From Lytechinus pictus (lineage: Eukaryota), in contig NC_087249.1 of the NCBI RefSeq assembly GCF_037042905.1, forward strand, positions 32,922,001 to 32,986,000: 64,000 nucleotides of DNA, written 5' to 3'. Made by a program: the position numbers and the translations under genes. A model generated the notes under the pieces. That model saw nothing but the letters and a program-made list of their open reading frames with translations, was not told where the DNA came from and did no database searches. Below are positions 52,614 through 64,000 of the stretch, in pieces; within the stretch, counting starts at the first letter, position 1, and each line of letters begins with the position of its first letter.

Positions 52614-53377
52614 CAGAGACTCCAACCCCAAACACCTTCTGATCTGGAGATTCTCCCGCCTGGATCCCCTAGCAAACTGGAGACTTCAACTTGATGTGCG
52701 TTTCGTGCACATCACGACCGCGAAGTCCCTTGCGGCCGGGTCCTGCATGGGCCCACTAAAATGGCCCAGGAAGCTCTAGGTTTCTAGATGCTCTCTCATG
52801 CTATCTCAGGCTAATTGTTTAATATCATGGCACAAGTGGCGTAATGAGCCAAAACATTTGAAGAGGCTAGATATGGCATATCGCGTAAAATTGATTAACG
52901 AGATTGCGAGCGAGCGAAATTTTTGATGTTTTATTTCAGAAATCAAATTTTGTGATAGATTTCGACATCATATTAAAAAAATAATAATATAATATCTCAC
53001 TCTACATGCCCTACTGTCTTTCCTTTTCTCTCTACTCTCTTGGTCGTGACTTTCTTTGCCCCACCCCCATCTCATCTGTACGACTTAGGAGGGTACTGCG
53101 GAGCGCGCCAATGGGCGAGATCGCGCGCATAGGCGTTGACGCTCTATTTAAGTCTTAACTTGAATATCGACTTGGATAAGAAAATTTAATTCCGGTTTTT
53201 AAAAAGGTGTTTGAGCGGGAGAAAGATAATTTAAAGCGGGAGAAAATACATCTTATGCGGGAGACACAGGGCCTGGGCGGGAGATATAAAATCTCAAGCG
53301 GGAGAACGGGAGATTTTGCCAAAAAACGGCTTTCGGTGGGAGATCTCCCGCCGAAAGCGGGAGTGTTGGAGTCTCTG
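52614..53377. mobile_element. hAT-like MITE inserted in the minisatellite
   Basis: GTATAC|CAGAGACTCCAAC ... GTTGGAGTCTCTG|GTATAC, with subterminal GCGGGAGA repeats. Confidence 0.7.
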
Positions 53378-53384
53378 GTATACA

Positions 53385-54347
53385 CAATGAAGATGTGAAT
53401 GTATATGTAATGAAGATGTGAATGTATATGTTATGAGGATGTGAATGCATATCTAATTAAGATGCGAATATATATCTAGTGACGATGTGAGTGCATATCT
53501 AATGAAGATGTGAATGTATATATCTAATGAAGATGTGAATGTATATCTGATGAAGATGTGAATGTATATCTAATGTATATCTAATTACGATATGAATTTA
53601 CACATTGAAGATGGGAATGTATATCTAATGAAGATGTGAATGTATGTCTAATGAAGACGTGAATGTATATCTGATGAAGTTGTGAATGTATATCTAATGT
53701 ATATCTAATTACGATATGAATGTACACATTGAAGATGTGAATGTATGTCTAGTGAAGATGTGAATGTATATCTAAAATAGATGTGAATTTTTATCTAATG
53801 AAAATGTGATGAAGATGTGAATGTATATCTAATGTATATCTGATGAAGATGTGAATGTATATCTGATGAAAGTGTGAATGAATATCTAATAAAGATGTGA
53901 ATGCATATCTAAGAAGATATGAATGTATATCTAAGATAGATGTGAATGTATATCTAATGAAAATGTGATGAAGATGTGAATGTATATCTAATGTATATCT
54001 GATGAAGATGTGAATGTATATCTGATGAAAGTGTGAATGAATATCTAATAAAGATGTGAATGTATATCTAATGAAGATGTGAATGTATATCTGATGAAAG
54101 TGTGAATGAATATCTAATAAAGATGTGAATGTATATCTAATGAAGATGTGAATGTATATCTGATGAAGATGTGAATGTATATATAATGAAGATGTGAATG
54201 TATATCTAATAAAAATGTGAATGTATATCTAATGTTTATCTGATGAAGATGTGAATGTATATCTAATAAAGATGTGAATGTATATCTAATGAAGATGTGA
54301 TTGTATATCTAATGAAGATGTGAATATATATTTATACGAAGATGTGA
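53385..54347. repeat. 23-bp minisatellite array (about 40 units)
   Basis: Tandem ATCT(A/G)ATGAAGATGTGAATGTAT with higher-order duplications. Confidence 0.95.
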
Positions 54348-54414
54348 TATCACAACAAAGAATGCATTTAGCATTTTCAATGTAGGATAAAAGAGCAAGT
54401 TTGATTACATAAAT

Positions 54415-54504
54415 ACCTTGATTGCGGGCATAATGGTCTGGATCGAACCCCTGACTTTCATGTATTTACTCAGGTGCCTTAGACTACTCAGCCACTGTAC
54501 CTCC
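54415..54504 (-). mobile_element. tRNA-derived SINE head
   Basis: On the minus strand, an A box TGGCTGAGTAG and a B box GGTTCGATCC at tRNA spacing; no intact cloverleaf. Confidence 0.65.
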
Positions 54505-57500
54505 ACAATTTAATCTCATTGCTCACTACTCCTTAAATGCTCGTAATGCCCACGTTCGCCCGGACAGTGAACGCCCATCCTGTCAAACCCATCTGAAGGT
54601 TATTATCCCTTCTCTCTACAACTAATGGGTAAAGAATTTGGGAATAATTAAGACCAACCTTCTCTCTCTCACTCTCTCTCTCTCTCTTACATCTACTCAC
54701 TTCCCCTCCCTATGTCTCTCGTCCAGTCCCCCTCTTATATGCTCACACATACATCCCATTCATGAATAAGCTTACCAATTTTTTATTTGTAATTATTTTA
54801 CGCCCTATTCTAATCTGCTGTAATCTGTTATTATCAATCTTCAAAATAAATTTCAAAGAAGGAAGAAAAAAATGATCAAAAAAAAAAATAACTTGACGAA
54901 GGAAAAGTGTGGATATTTGATTTTACAATAAAATTTCACTTTTGATATCATCATCTTTTCTTACATTTTGGCAAAATTTGGAAAGAAATATAATGGTGGA
55001 GAATGAAAGGAATTATAATTACCCACAATGAAAGTTAGATAATTCAGGAAAAAATAAAAATAAGCTTTGTGAGACAATGAAACTAAGAAATTGCAATTGA
55101 TAGAAATGAATGAGACAAAATATAAACAAATGGGAGGAGAGTATCTCCAAATGATATACTGTCAATATTGATGTATGCTTTAAAATTCATTAAATGATAA
55201 TATTACCGCGAGGCATGGTCAGAAGATATTATTTGCTTAAATTGAATTGCTCGCGGTAAAGTAAACTGTTTTCAGAGCCTTATAAAAAAAAGAGAATTGA
55301 TGAGGCAAACGTCCTCAGAATGGCCAGTTTTGTTCATAATAAACAATACATATTCCCATAAAAAAAAGTTACTTAAGGGAGGATTACTTAATGATCGGCC
55401 AGTATAATGCCATAAGCACAAGACGCAATAAAATTGTTGGGGTGTGATCATTGAAAGAGGGAATACTGTAAGATCAAACAGATATAAAGCAAAGAGACAT
55501 AAAGGAATAGGGGGTTGTATGAAGAACAAATAGGGAAATTTATACAAGGATAGGGAGAAGACATATGTGGACAAGTGATAGTAAAAATAGAGCTAAAAAG
55601 TAATTATAGAGGACGAGGTTCAATATACAAATAATATTCAAGAGGGCGGGCATAGGAAGACACTCAGAAGGGCCGATATGCATGGTTGAGACAAAGTATT
55701 TTTTGTGATATTATTTCTTTCATTTTTAAATATCATTTTGTCCAATTATTAGGATGCAAATTATCAATTTATAACTTATTTTCTCAAATAATGCGTGGTC
55801 TTTTGAAAAACAATTAGTGCATCGTTCTAATGGTAATAAGTAACTTGGATCTTTAATAATTTTGATTACCACTTCTTAATTTGTGTTACATATAAAGATT
55901 TGGTCTTCCCTTTTCTCATAAAACTCAAGAGATATGTTTGGAGGACGAATGATTGCATATATGTCGATAAATGTATGAAATGGAGAAGGGAAATGTAACA
56001 TACAGGCAGGCCAGAAACAAGACAGATATAAACAGTGATACATCAATGAGACATATATTTCGAGATTTTCATTTCTGGAAACATGTTACAATGTTACATC
56101 TCCTTAAAAAGGAGATATACGGATTGATGCAATGTAATAGGGAATAAATCTGGCACCTACACATCTATAACATTCTACTCAAATTTCAAAAGATACTTGG
56201 TCAGATGGGCACTTAAAGTAATTTCTATTCGAAATGACTAGATTCTTTCAAGGTTCTTGTTAAAATGAAATGAATTATATTGCAAAGATTATTTATTTTC
56301 AAAATATCTATCAAGTGCCCCCTTTGATTCAGATGTCTTTTCAATTTTGAGAAGAATGCGTTTAGAGTTTATATACAGATATAACTTCATAAATAAATCG
56401 ATCCGATCTTTTGAATAAATCTGAAAGTGCATTTAATAATTGCAATTCAATATATTCAAGTCATGACAAGCAAAACAGTAAGCAGAATGATAGCAGTTTG
56501 AATTGTTACAGGTCCAGTTTACCATAACAAGATGTTGACCTGAATGAGTAGAAAAAACCCAATCATGCAAAGAACTGAAAAATTGCATCAAATGGGATAC
56601 AATCTACGAATGTTATTCGCATTTTTTTTTTATTTGGCTTATTTTCACAAAAAAGTGCTATTCACATCATTGGTGGTTGCACAGAAGAGAGCCGATGATC
56701 TCACACACACTCTATTTTCTTATCATTTTATATATGTGAATATAAAATATTTCTTCCTTCAAAATATGAGAATTTATGAGACATGCTAAGATATGATTAT
56801 AAACTTCATTGTAAGTTACTGACATGACTGAAGAGCTTCTTTATCACGAAATGTATAGATATTGACATGTTTAATTTATTCCAAATAATAAAAATAAAAT
56901 GTTGAGTGTAAATGTTCATCGGCTTCCAGTTTTATACTGCCTATGATGTGAATAGAAATGTTTTGTAATAATTGGCTAAATACAGAATGCAATAATTAAT
57001 TGTTCAGTGGGCAGATAAAAAACAGACGGCATATACACACACATCTATATACATACATATACACATATATATACAAAATAAACTACTCTTTTTATATCAT
57101 TCTATATTAATACCCGGGTTTAGGTATAAAAACCCAATTGCAGTACATTGGACCTGGTGATATATGTAACCAATATCAATTATAATCAGCACTTGTGCAA
57201 TATATAGATAATTATGTACACCCCGATCGAGGTCATGCAGTACTCAGTATAATATATACACAGATGTACAATTCACAATTCATATATAATCGTCATATAT
57301 ATTAGCTATTTTATTTACAGATTTGTTTATCTTTTCTACAATAAAACGAAACTTCAAAGTTTCAACATTTACATCTCATGTATAGCTACAAAGGAATATA
57401 TTCTGGCTTGCTGAAACTATGAATTATTTACATCTTTGCCTGTTACTAATGTGTTTTACACGTGCAAATCTTATTTTCAAAACATCAGACACTACCTTAC

Positions 57501-59865
57501 TTTTATCAAACTCTTAATTTCCTACTTCACTACGAAAAATATGTCTATGGTCGTATCTTTTAGGAATGATATAAAATAACGGTGAACATTCCCGAATATT
57601 CTTTATTGGCATTTCCCGAAAACGAAGAAAATAATATATGGCGACTGACATTAAATTCATAAGACTAACAATGATAGCATAAAGATTAAGTGATCATTAA
57701 GTTGGTTATGGATTGTTCATATGCTCCTTTTTACATCGTTACTAATGCATTATTGGATATGTTTCCATTTATTTTAAAGAAAATGAAATGAGATCACTCA
57801 ACTAATTTTTTTATTTGATAAAGCTATGCGATATAGCGTTGTAACTTTGAATATCACCTACATGTATTTAAAACACTAATTTACTTCTTGGAAAATTTTG
57901 GTTCGAATGTCCACTTTTCCAACGTTTCATCTGTGTTTTCAGCATTCTCTTAGAATAGTTTGCTACCATGCATAATATCATTTTTAATCCCCTTTAAAGG
58001 CTTTAATTATAATGTGAGAGACTCTGTTTAAATGTTTAATTTGTCTATATACCTGGTCTGTTTTAACAGCTATACAAAGATGAAACGATAACTCCATTCG
58101 TAAAGTTGTTTGAATAGAGAGTTTGCATGAAGAGAATTTGCAGTTCTGTTAAAATCGTCACCGCAACATATTCATCCCTGCAGTTTACTAGTTTTACTAA
58201 TTTTTTTATTTGATAAAGCTATGCGATATAGCGTTGTAACACTACTTTACTATCTCAACGCATCAAAAGCAAAACCAATGAAGTAGATTTTCTCGATGCA
58301 ATTTCCTGTATTTGACCACAGATCAAAATCGGTAAAGACCAAGTCATCCCCTGTGATTCATAATCTCCATCCCATGCTTATTAGTTCCAATATCCTCACA
58401 TCCCACAGGACACAAATATAAGTATCAATGACACTTTTGGTGTGATGGTAAAAACACGAATGGCGTCGCGAAATGCGTCAGTGTAGAAGTTGTTATTTTT
58501 GATCGAACTTGTTTTAAGATTGTTGACCGTCAGACTACTAATCGGCAGTTCTTCACCCTGGGTGTGTAGCAGACATGACACGTCACTGACATGTCTCTCA
58601 AATCCCAAATCGGATTACGTCACGAAATTGTTGAAGAATTTGTATGTTGTATGAGAAATTGAAGGCTTTAAAGCAAACTGTACACGCATGAACTCTGCTT
58701 TTATGGGGGAGGAATCAGAAGAGATGAATTTCATGACGCATCCCATTTTGGTGTGTTTTTTTAATCTGAAATAATAATGGGATGTGTTTTCGAATGAAAC
58801 AATTTTTTAGGATTGTCATTTTTTTTCTCAACTCTATGGTCAGCCTATATGACATCACATATATTCCCATTTAACGAGCACTATCGGTTAAATGTTTTCA
58901 AGATTATAGTCAACAAGAAGCAAACTTAACCCATTAATAACTGAATTTCGTAATTCCCATAGACTTTATACAGGGGGATCTGCTTCCACTTTTCAACGGG
59001 TAAAACAAATATACATGTACATACATCATACGCTTATAAACCAAGGGAAGAATCATTTGTTTCTTACTTCTAATACAGTTTTAAGCCACTATGTACCGTA
59101 GTTATATATTGATGAGTGTTATACATGTAGCAGGCCTCCCTGGGACTGACCATTAAATTCACCATTCGAAAGAGTATGTGATCTGTCTCTTGGGAGCAGA
59201 ACCATTCAATATAAGTTGTTCTGTTTACTGAATTCCAAACGCACGCCATTCGTTGTAACTATAACTATGCCAGTTTAAATGCTGCAGTCACACCAAGGAA
59301 ACCGACTCCAAACCGACCGATGTTGTGCCATTCAAAATAACGTAAGAGTGTGATCGATCTGGAATCGGTTTTACCCGTGTGACTGCGGCCATCGGTGTTC
59401 AGGGCATTAAGTGTCCTGTTGCTCAAGGGTTCTCCGGACTATGGTACGAAAGAAAAATAAAACGCACAACAATGTTTGTATATACTGACTAGTTAGTGAC
59501 AATTTAATACCCTCACTGAAGGCTACCCAAATTAAAAATGATAGCCAACACACTGTAATTTGCACCGCATCAAAAATGTCATAGAAACTCTTCGATATCA
59601 AAGAATATCAGATGAATAAGAATGTCGTAAAAAGGAGAAGAAAATGATAAGTAACACGATAGCATTCAGTTTACTATCCCCGATAATCATCACTACTCCT
59701 TGGCTCATGTCTTCTCAGCCATCAATAAAACAGGGCATATCAAAATTTTAAACTTATGGGAGAATCTGTGACAACTATAATTTAAAAGATGAAAATCTAA
59801 TGTATCTTTTAGTTTTGATAGATGGTCTAGACATTATTCTATCAGACGACACCAACAGACTTAAT

Positions 59866-60083
59866 GGGGCGTTGCAAGAAACTTGCGATCAATTGCAAGT
59901 CTATTTTCGTTCCCGAAATCAAGCATATGCCGTGGAATTAATTGCAAATTTGCGAGGATTGCTAATCTGCTCCATGAAACAAGGAGTGTAATCTGATTTG
60001 CTAAAGTTAAAAGTGATCAATCAACTGTAAAATTGCAACAGAATATTTGCGATTGATTGCAAATATTTTCTTGCAACACCCCC
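59866..60083. mobile_element. Harbinger-like MITE
   Basis: GGGGCGTTGCAAGAAA ... TTTCTTGCAACACCCC inverted ends with TAA/TTA-like flanks. Confidence 0.6.
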
Positions 60084-62418
60084 TTAGAGTTATTCATGCT
60101 TGAGCGAACACTGATTACTCAAAGTGTCACATTGCGCTAAAATGAAGGGAATTGGTACACTGCAAGCAGCGGTCTAAATTGAGTACTGAAAAACGATTTG
60201 GCCGTTGCTTTCACTAATGAGTATATTGTAATTATATTTTTATTCATTATTATGATTGCTTGTCGGATGATATTTGATGTATAATTACCCTCAAGATCTT
60301 GCCTGACATACATAAAGAGGAACACAGACAACTGGTTAAAAAGGATTTGACTAACTTATAAGTAATTCTTAAGCAAAATGGATAAGAATTGTTTATGGGG
60401 CAGCTATATTGACATGAAAATAATTAATTTGGAACTCTTCCTCTTGACTGAAAGAATGGCATGTGGATTTGATGTGTTTAAGTAATTCTTCCTTTATGTA
60501 GGCTCTGAGTTAAAAGTCTGATCAAGTTCTTGGATATAAGATTGTCGTACAAAATCGATACATGAATCTTTAAAAAAAGTAACATTTTATATATATGTAA
60601 ATATTGACACTGATATTACATGTATATACATATTAAATACGAAAATGAAGCGGTATCCGCAGTGAATCAATTTACAACTTTGAGATAGACATACATTTAC
60701 GTGTAAAAGGCGTAACATTTCATAAGTCTATATGGCTATAAGCAAACAAAATTGCAATTATCACATTGAGACTACAGGTATAGACCTATAAACATTTGGA
60801 CGACATGGACGACGTATAATGATACAAAAGTAATTTGAAACAATATATGTATAGTAATTATGTCCTCTCTTGCTCGTCCGAAAAATGTTAAGTAATTTAT
60901 TATTAAACGACCGTCGTTCAAGTACTGACGCATTAAAAATTAATACATAAAATTATATTACGAAGCACATTTCGATAATTGCAATTGTTTGAACGAGAGT
61001 TTGGTGAGGTTCGCAGAGTTGTTAAGGTGTGGAGGCTTCCAAACGTGTGATTGGCTTTGGAAAAAGACAATTAAAACCATTTGAACAAAGTAAACCGGTT
61101 ATCACGAGGAGTTGTTGAGGTCATATGGCTATATGGCAATCGTGGAAGTTGTGGCAGTAGACGTAGCAGTACAAAAGAGGTATTACTTTAGTCGTACTCA
61201 GGTGGCAGTAATTAAAATCGATCTGTTGTTCATGATCATGATGGTGGTGGTAGAAGATGTTGCAGCAGTGGAAGTAATGAAAGCAATGAGAGTTGAAGAA
61301 GTAGGAACAGTAATAGACGTCTAGAAAAATAAACAGGAGGAGGAAAAGGGAAAGAAGATAAAAGAAAGTAGTAGTATGGTAATCGAAGAAGAAGAAGTAG
61401 TAGTAGTAGTAGTAGTAGTCGTCGTAGTAGTAGTCAGTAGTGGTAGTACAAGTTTTTTATTAACATGAGTATACATAGCCAAATTATCAGGAGTAGCGTA
61501 ATAAAAGTGGGGGAAATATTTCAATATTAGTCAGTGCTATTACAGAAGAAGAACTTTATCGTAACAAAGGTATCACTTTTTATGTAAGAATATCTAAAAT
61601 AATTCGTAATGTAGCAGTGAATTGAATATTTTAGAACCCTGTAATCAATATCTTGGAGAATTATTAATATCGCAAGCGATCATAATTATTAGATCAACAT
61701 AGGTTGGTGAATTGACAGTTTACATTTGGAGTACACCTTATACTTGTCGGACGAAGAACCTAGTGCAATACTGTGTCATGCCCCCAAAGATGAGCTTTCA
61801 TTAGACTGGCGCCAACGCCAAGTGTGCTTCGTGATGTGACAATCATGTTACACCAAAATTTATTAGAATCTTTCATTATCATATTCCAAATAGTATTCTT
61901 TTTACTGGAAAGCCCACTCTCCTTTTCCGGTAACAGATGTGTCGATAGCTTACTTGGAAGTAAAGGCCAAGTACAGCAAACGAACAAATTGTTTTGAATA
62001 AAGAGAACAAAATCAAACAAGCATAACACTAAGAACAGAATAGGGCGTTACACAGGAACGATATGGCTTTTTACATTTTAAATTTCACAAAAATGCTGCA
62101 TGCACAATGCAGGTGATATTAAAATAATGACAGAGATGATGATGTCACATTCTTACTATACATTTTTTAATATTCACATCCACGTGTTTAAGGCGGAGTC
62201 TATCTCACATTTCATAAAATAAAATACAAAATAATAGTGACTGTGTAATGTAATAATTTCACTCATTTTCATACATCTGGTTTGAAAATTTGCTTCACAT
62301 TTGATTTTATTTTGATGCAATTTTCTGCGTTGATCCTATGTGACGTTTGACCTTTAGCATTTAGGTCATGCAGGAGAACAAAGTCAAATAAGTGTCACTA
62401 ACATTCAACCTCTCTTTA

Positions 62419-62588
62419 TAGTCTGCAGGCACAGACCCTCATTGGAACTTTGATCAACAAGTGTGCCTCCACGCAAAGACTAGCACATACAAAACTTGCT
62501 GTTCGCGAGAGAGCCTTCAGTACACAAGGCATGAGTAGGCTGCACATTCAGACCCTTAACTCGAGCGAATGGTTTGCCCAGCAGACTA
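62419..62588. mobile_element. AcademH-like MITE, copy 2
   Basis: TAGTCTGC...GCAGACTA with a perfect 9-bp TSD CTCTCTTTA. Confidence 0.8.
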
Positions 62589-62865
62589 CTCTCTTTATAT
62601 GGCACTTATGAGACGTTCCCGAGTGCTCCTGTAAAATACCTTTGTGCTAATACAGATATTTGTTCTACAGCATTAAACAACACTGATTGAAATAAAAAAT
62701 ACTTTGATAATTTGATTGAGGATAAACATCTATTTCATTCAAAAGTAATAAAGGTGATCCTTTTTCATCAGATTACCACTAGTTAAATCGTTCAAAATAC
62801 CCAACTGAATGAGTTATGGAATGTGCATCTATTTACAGTCACGAGGATTAAATGTTGCTTCTTGA

Positions 62866-63987
62866 TCACACCGCATCTGACGCAGTACGGACGTAATGGT
62901 TTTCTACGTTGCTAGTGTTGTCAACCAACGGAAGGGCTATCTGGGGGATAGAACGTAGGGATGGTGTACGAATGATGACGGAACTCCTGGTGCGTCCACT
63001 GGCCTCACTATTCGTCGGCCGCCTTCTGGTCAAACGATTGAGACCGAACTTCCTTGCGAGGTGTTGCCGAAATGACGAACTCATGGAGTAGAGGATGATG
63101 GGGTTGATACACGATGCCAGGTAGTACATGACTATACGGGCGCGGCGGAAAATGCTCATAGACCTTGTGCCGAACACAAACACGTCGAATCCAAACATAA
63201 GCCAGGCGCTGTAGATATACTGAGGCAACCAACAGATTGTAAACACGAGTGTGATAAGAAACAAGTTCACTGATACTCGAACCCTAGCCTTGCTATCTGC
63301 ACTCCCTCTTCGTCTTCGCTGAAGAATTGTCTTTTCTCGTAGTAGTTTCTTGGCACAGAGACCGTAAAAGATGGCCATGGAGCAAACAGGCAGGACGTAC
63401 ATGAACACAAGCTGTAAGACGTAGTAAATATGGTAGGACACGTGCTCATAGCGAAACGTACAAGTGGTTTGAAACGACGGCATGGCGGCGACGAATACAT
63501 AGGAGGCGATCGCGCAGGCGATACCCCAGATGATAAGGCATATTACCACAGTTGCGCGCATGATGCGCAACCGACGCACTAGGAAAGGCTTCACGATAGC
63601 GAAATACCGTTCAATGCTAATCGCAGTAAGACTGAACGAAGATACGCCGAACGACGCGAAATAAAAGAAGTGATTCAAACGGCAATAGTCGAATGAGGTT
63701 GTCATGTACGAGGGTGCTATGGTAGGTGGTCCAGTTATAAGGACAAAGAGAAAGTCACCGATAGCAAGATTCGCCAAGAGGATGTTGGGTGATGTCCGCA
63801 ACTCTCGCACCGATGCCACCAGGTAGATCAATGTCCCATTGGTCATAGTCCCTAGAACCAATTCCATGACTATTATGATGGTGTATGCTATAGGCGAAGA
63901 GGGCATTCTGGGCCTGAACGGTGGGAAATCGGTACCGTTCCAATAGTAATCAAATGGGGACACGGCGTCTGACTCCAGTAGCGACAT
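62866..63987 (-). CDS. Intronless rhodopsin-like (class A) GPCR, bombesin/GRP/CCHamide/endothelin receptor-like, 373 aa
   Basis: Seven hydrophobic segments. Motifs: PNILLANLAIGD (TM2), GVSSFSLTAISIERYFAIVKP (TM3), TM4 W, FTICWLP (TM6) and SCINPIILY (TM7). The TM3/ECL2 cysteines, an N-terminal NGT glycosite and a gccATG start are present. The frame is open to the window edge, so a longer N-terminus cannot be excluded. Confidence 0.95.
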   Translation of the reverse strand: MSLLESDAVSPFDYYWNGTDFPPFRPRMPSSPIAYTIIIVMELVLGTMTNGTLIYLVASVRELRTSPNILLANLAIGDFLFVLITGPPTIAPSYMTTSFDYCRLNHFFYFASFGVSSFSLTAISIERYFAIVKPFLVRRLRIMRATVVICLIIWGIACAIASYVFVAAMPSFQTTCTFRYEHVSYHIYYVLQLVFMYVLPVCSMAIFYGLCAKKLLREKTILQRRRRGSADSKARVRVSVNLFLITLVFTICWLPQYIYSAWLMFGFDVFVFGTRSMSIFRRARIVMYYLASCINPIILYSMSSSFRQHLARKFGLNRLTRRRPTNSEASGRTRSSVIIRTPSLRSIPQIALPLVDNTSNVENHYVRTASDAV

Positions 63988-64000
63988 GGCTGGTACATCT

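Noticed and set aside
53385-54347. CRISPR array or active tandem ribozyme
   Set aside because: Head-to-tail units without spacers. The GAAA/stem III half of a hammerhead is absent.
54415-54504. tRNA gene
   Set aside because: A and B boxes are present, but the acceptor and anticodon stems do not form, so it is called a SINE head. A weaker trace at about 30975-31015 was not called.
62909-63943. Short ORFs overlapping the GPCR
   Set aside because: Alternative-frame or antisense shadows of a GC-richer CDS.

Overview
AT-rich, intron-containing eukaryotic DNA from an invertebrate animal. The repeat families look echinoderm/sea-urchin-like, but this is an inference. There are three assembly gaps. 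Two protein-coding genes are well supported. (1) An 8-coding-exon CHST15/GalNAc4S-6ST-like Golgi sulfotransferase on + (19199-37280, about 440 aa, all GT-AG junctions phase-compatible). (2) An intronless class A GPCR of bombesin/CCHamide/endothelin-receptor type on - (62866-63987). A CpG-rich promoter with a probable first exon of a third, minus-strand gene lies at about 12.4-12.9 kb. The 12 kb to its left looks CpG-depleted and TACATGTA-rich, as expected for a methylated gene body. The remainder is a dense mosaic of non-autonomous DNA transposons (Sola2-, AcademH-, Kolobok-, piggyBac-, Tc1/pogo-, Harbinger-, EnSpm-, TU/foldback- and Helentron-like), plus retroelement relics (Penelope GIY-YIG fragment, CR1 tail, tRNA-SINE head). 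The most unusual signals are: a minimal type I hammerhead ribozyme motif with a U4C core at 2203-2241; a 23-bp minisatellite whose unit resembles the 5' half of such a hammerhead and which flanks the Penelope fragment in inverted orientation; and a uORF whose stop overlaps the sulfotransferase start (ATGATG). I found no CRISPR array or prokaryote-type system. All calls were made by eye, without database searches.
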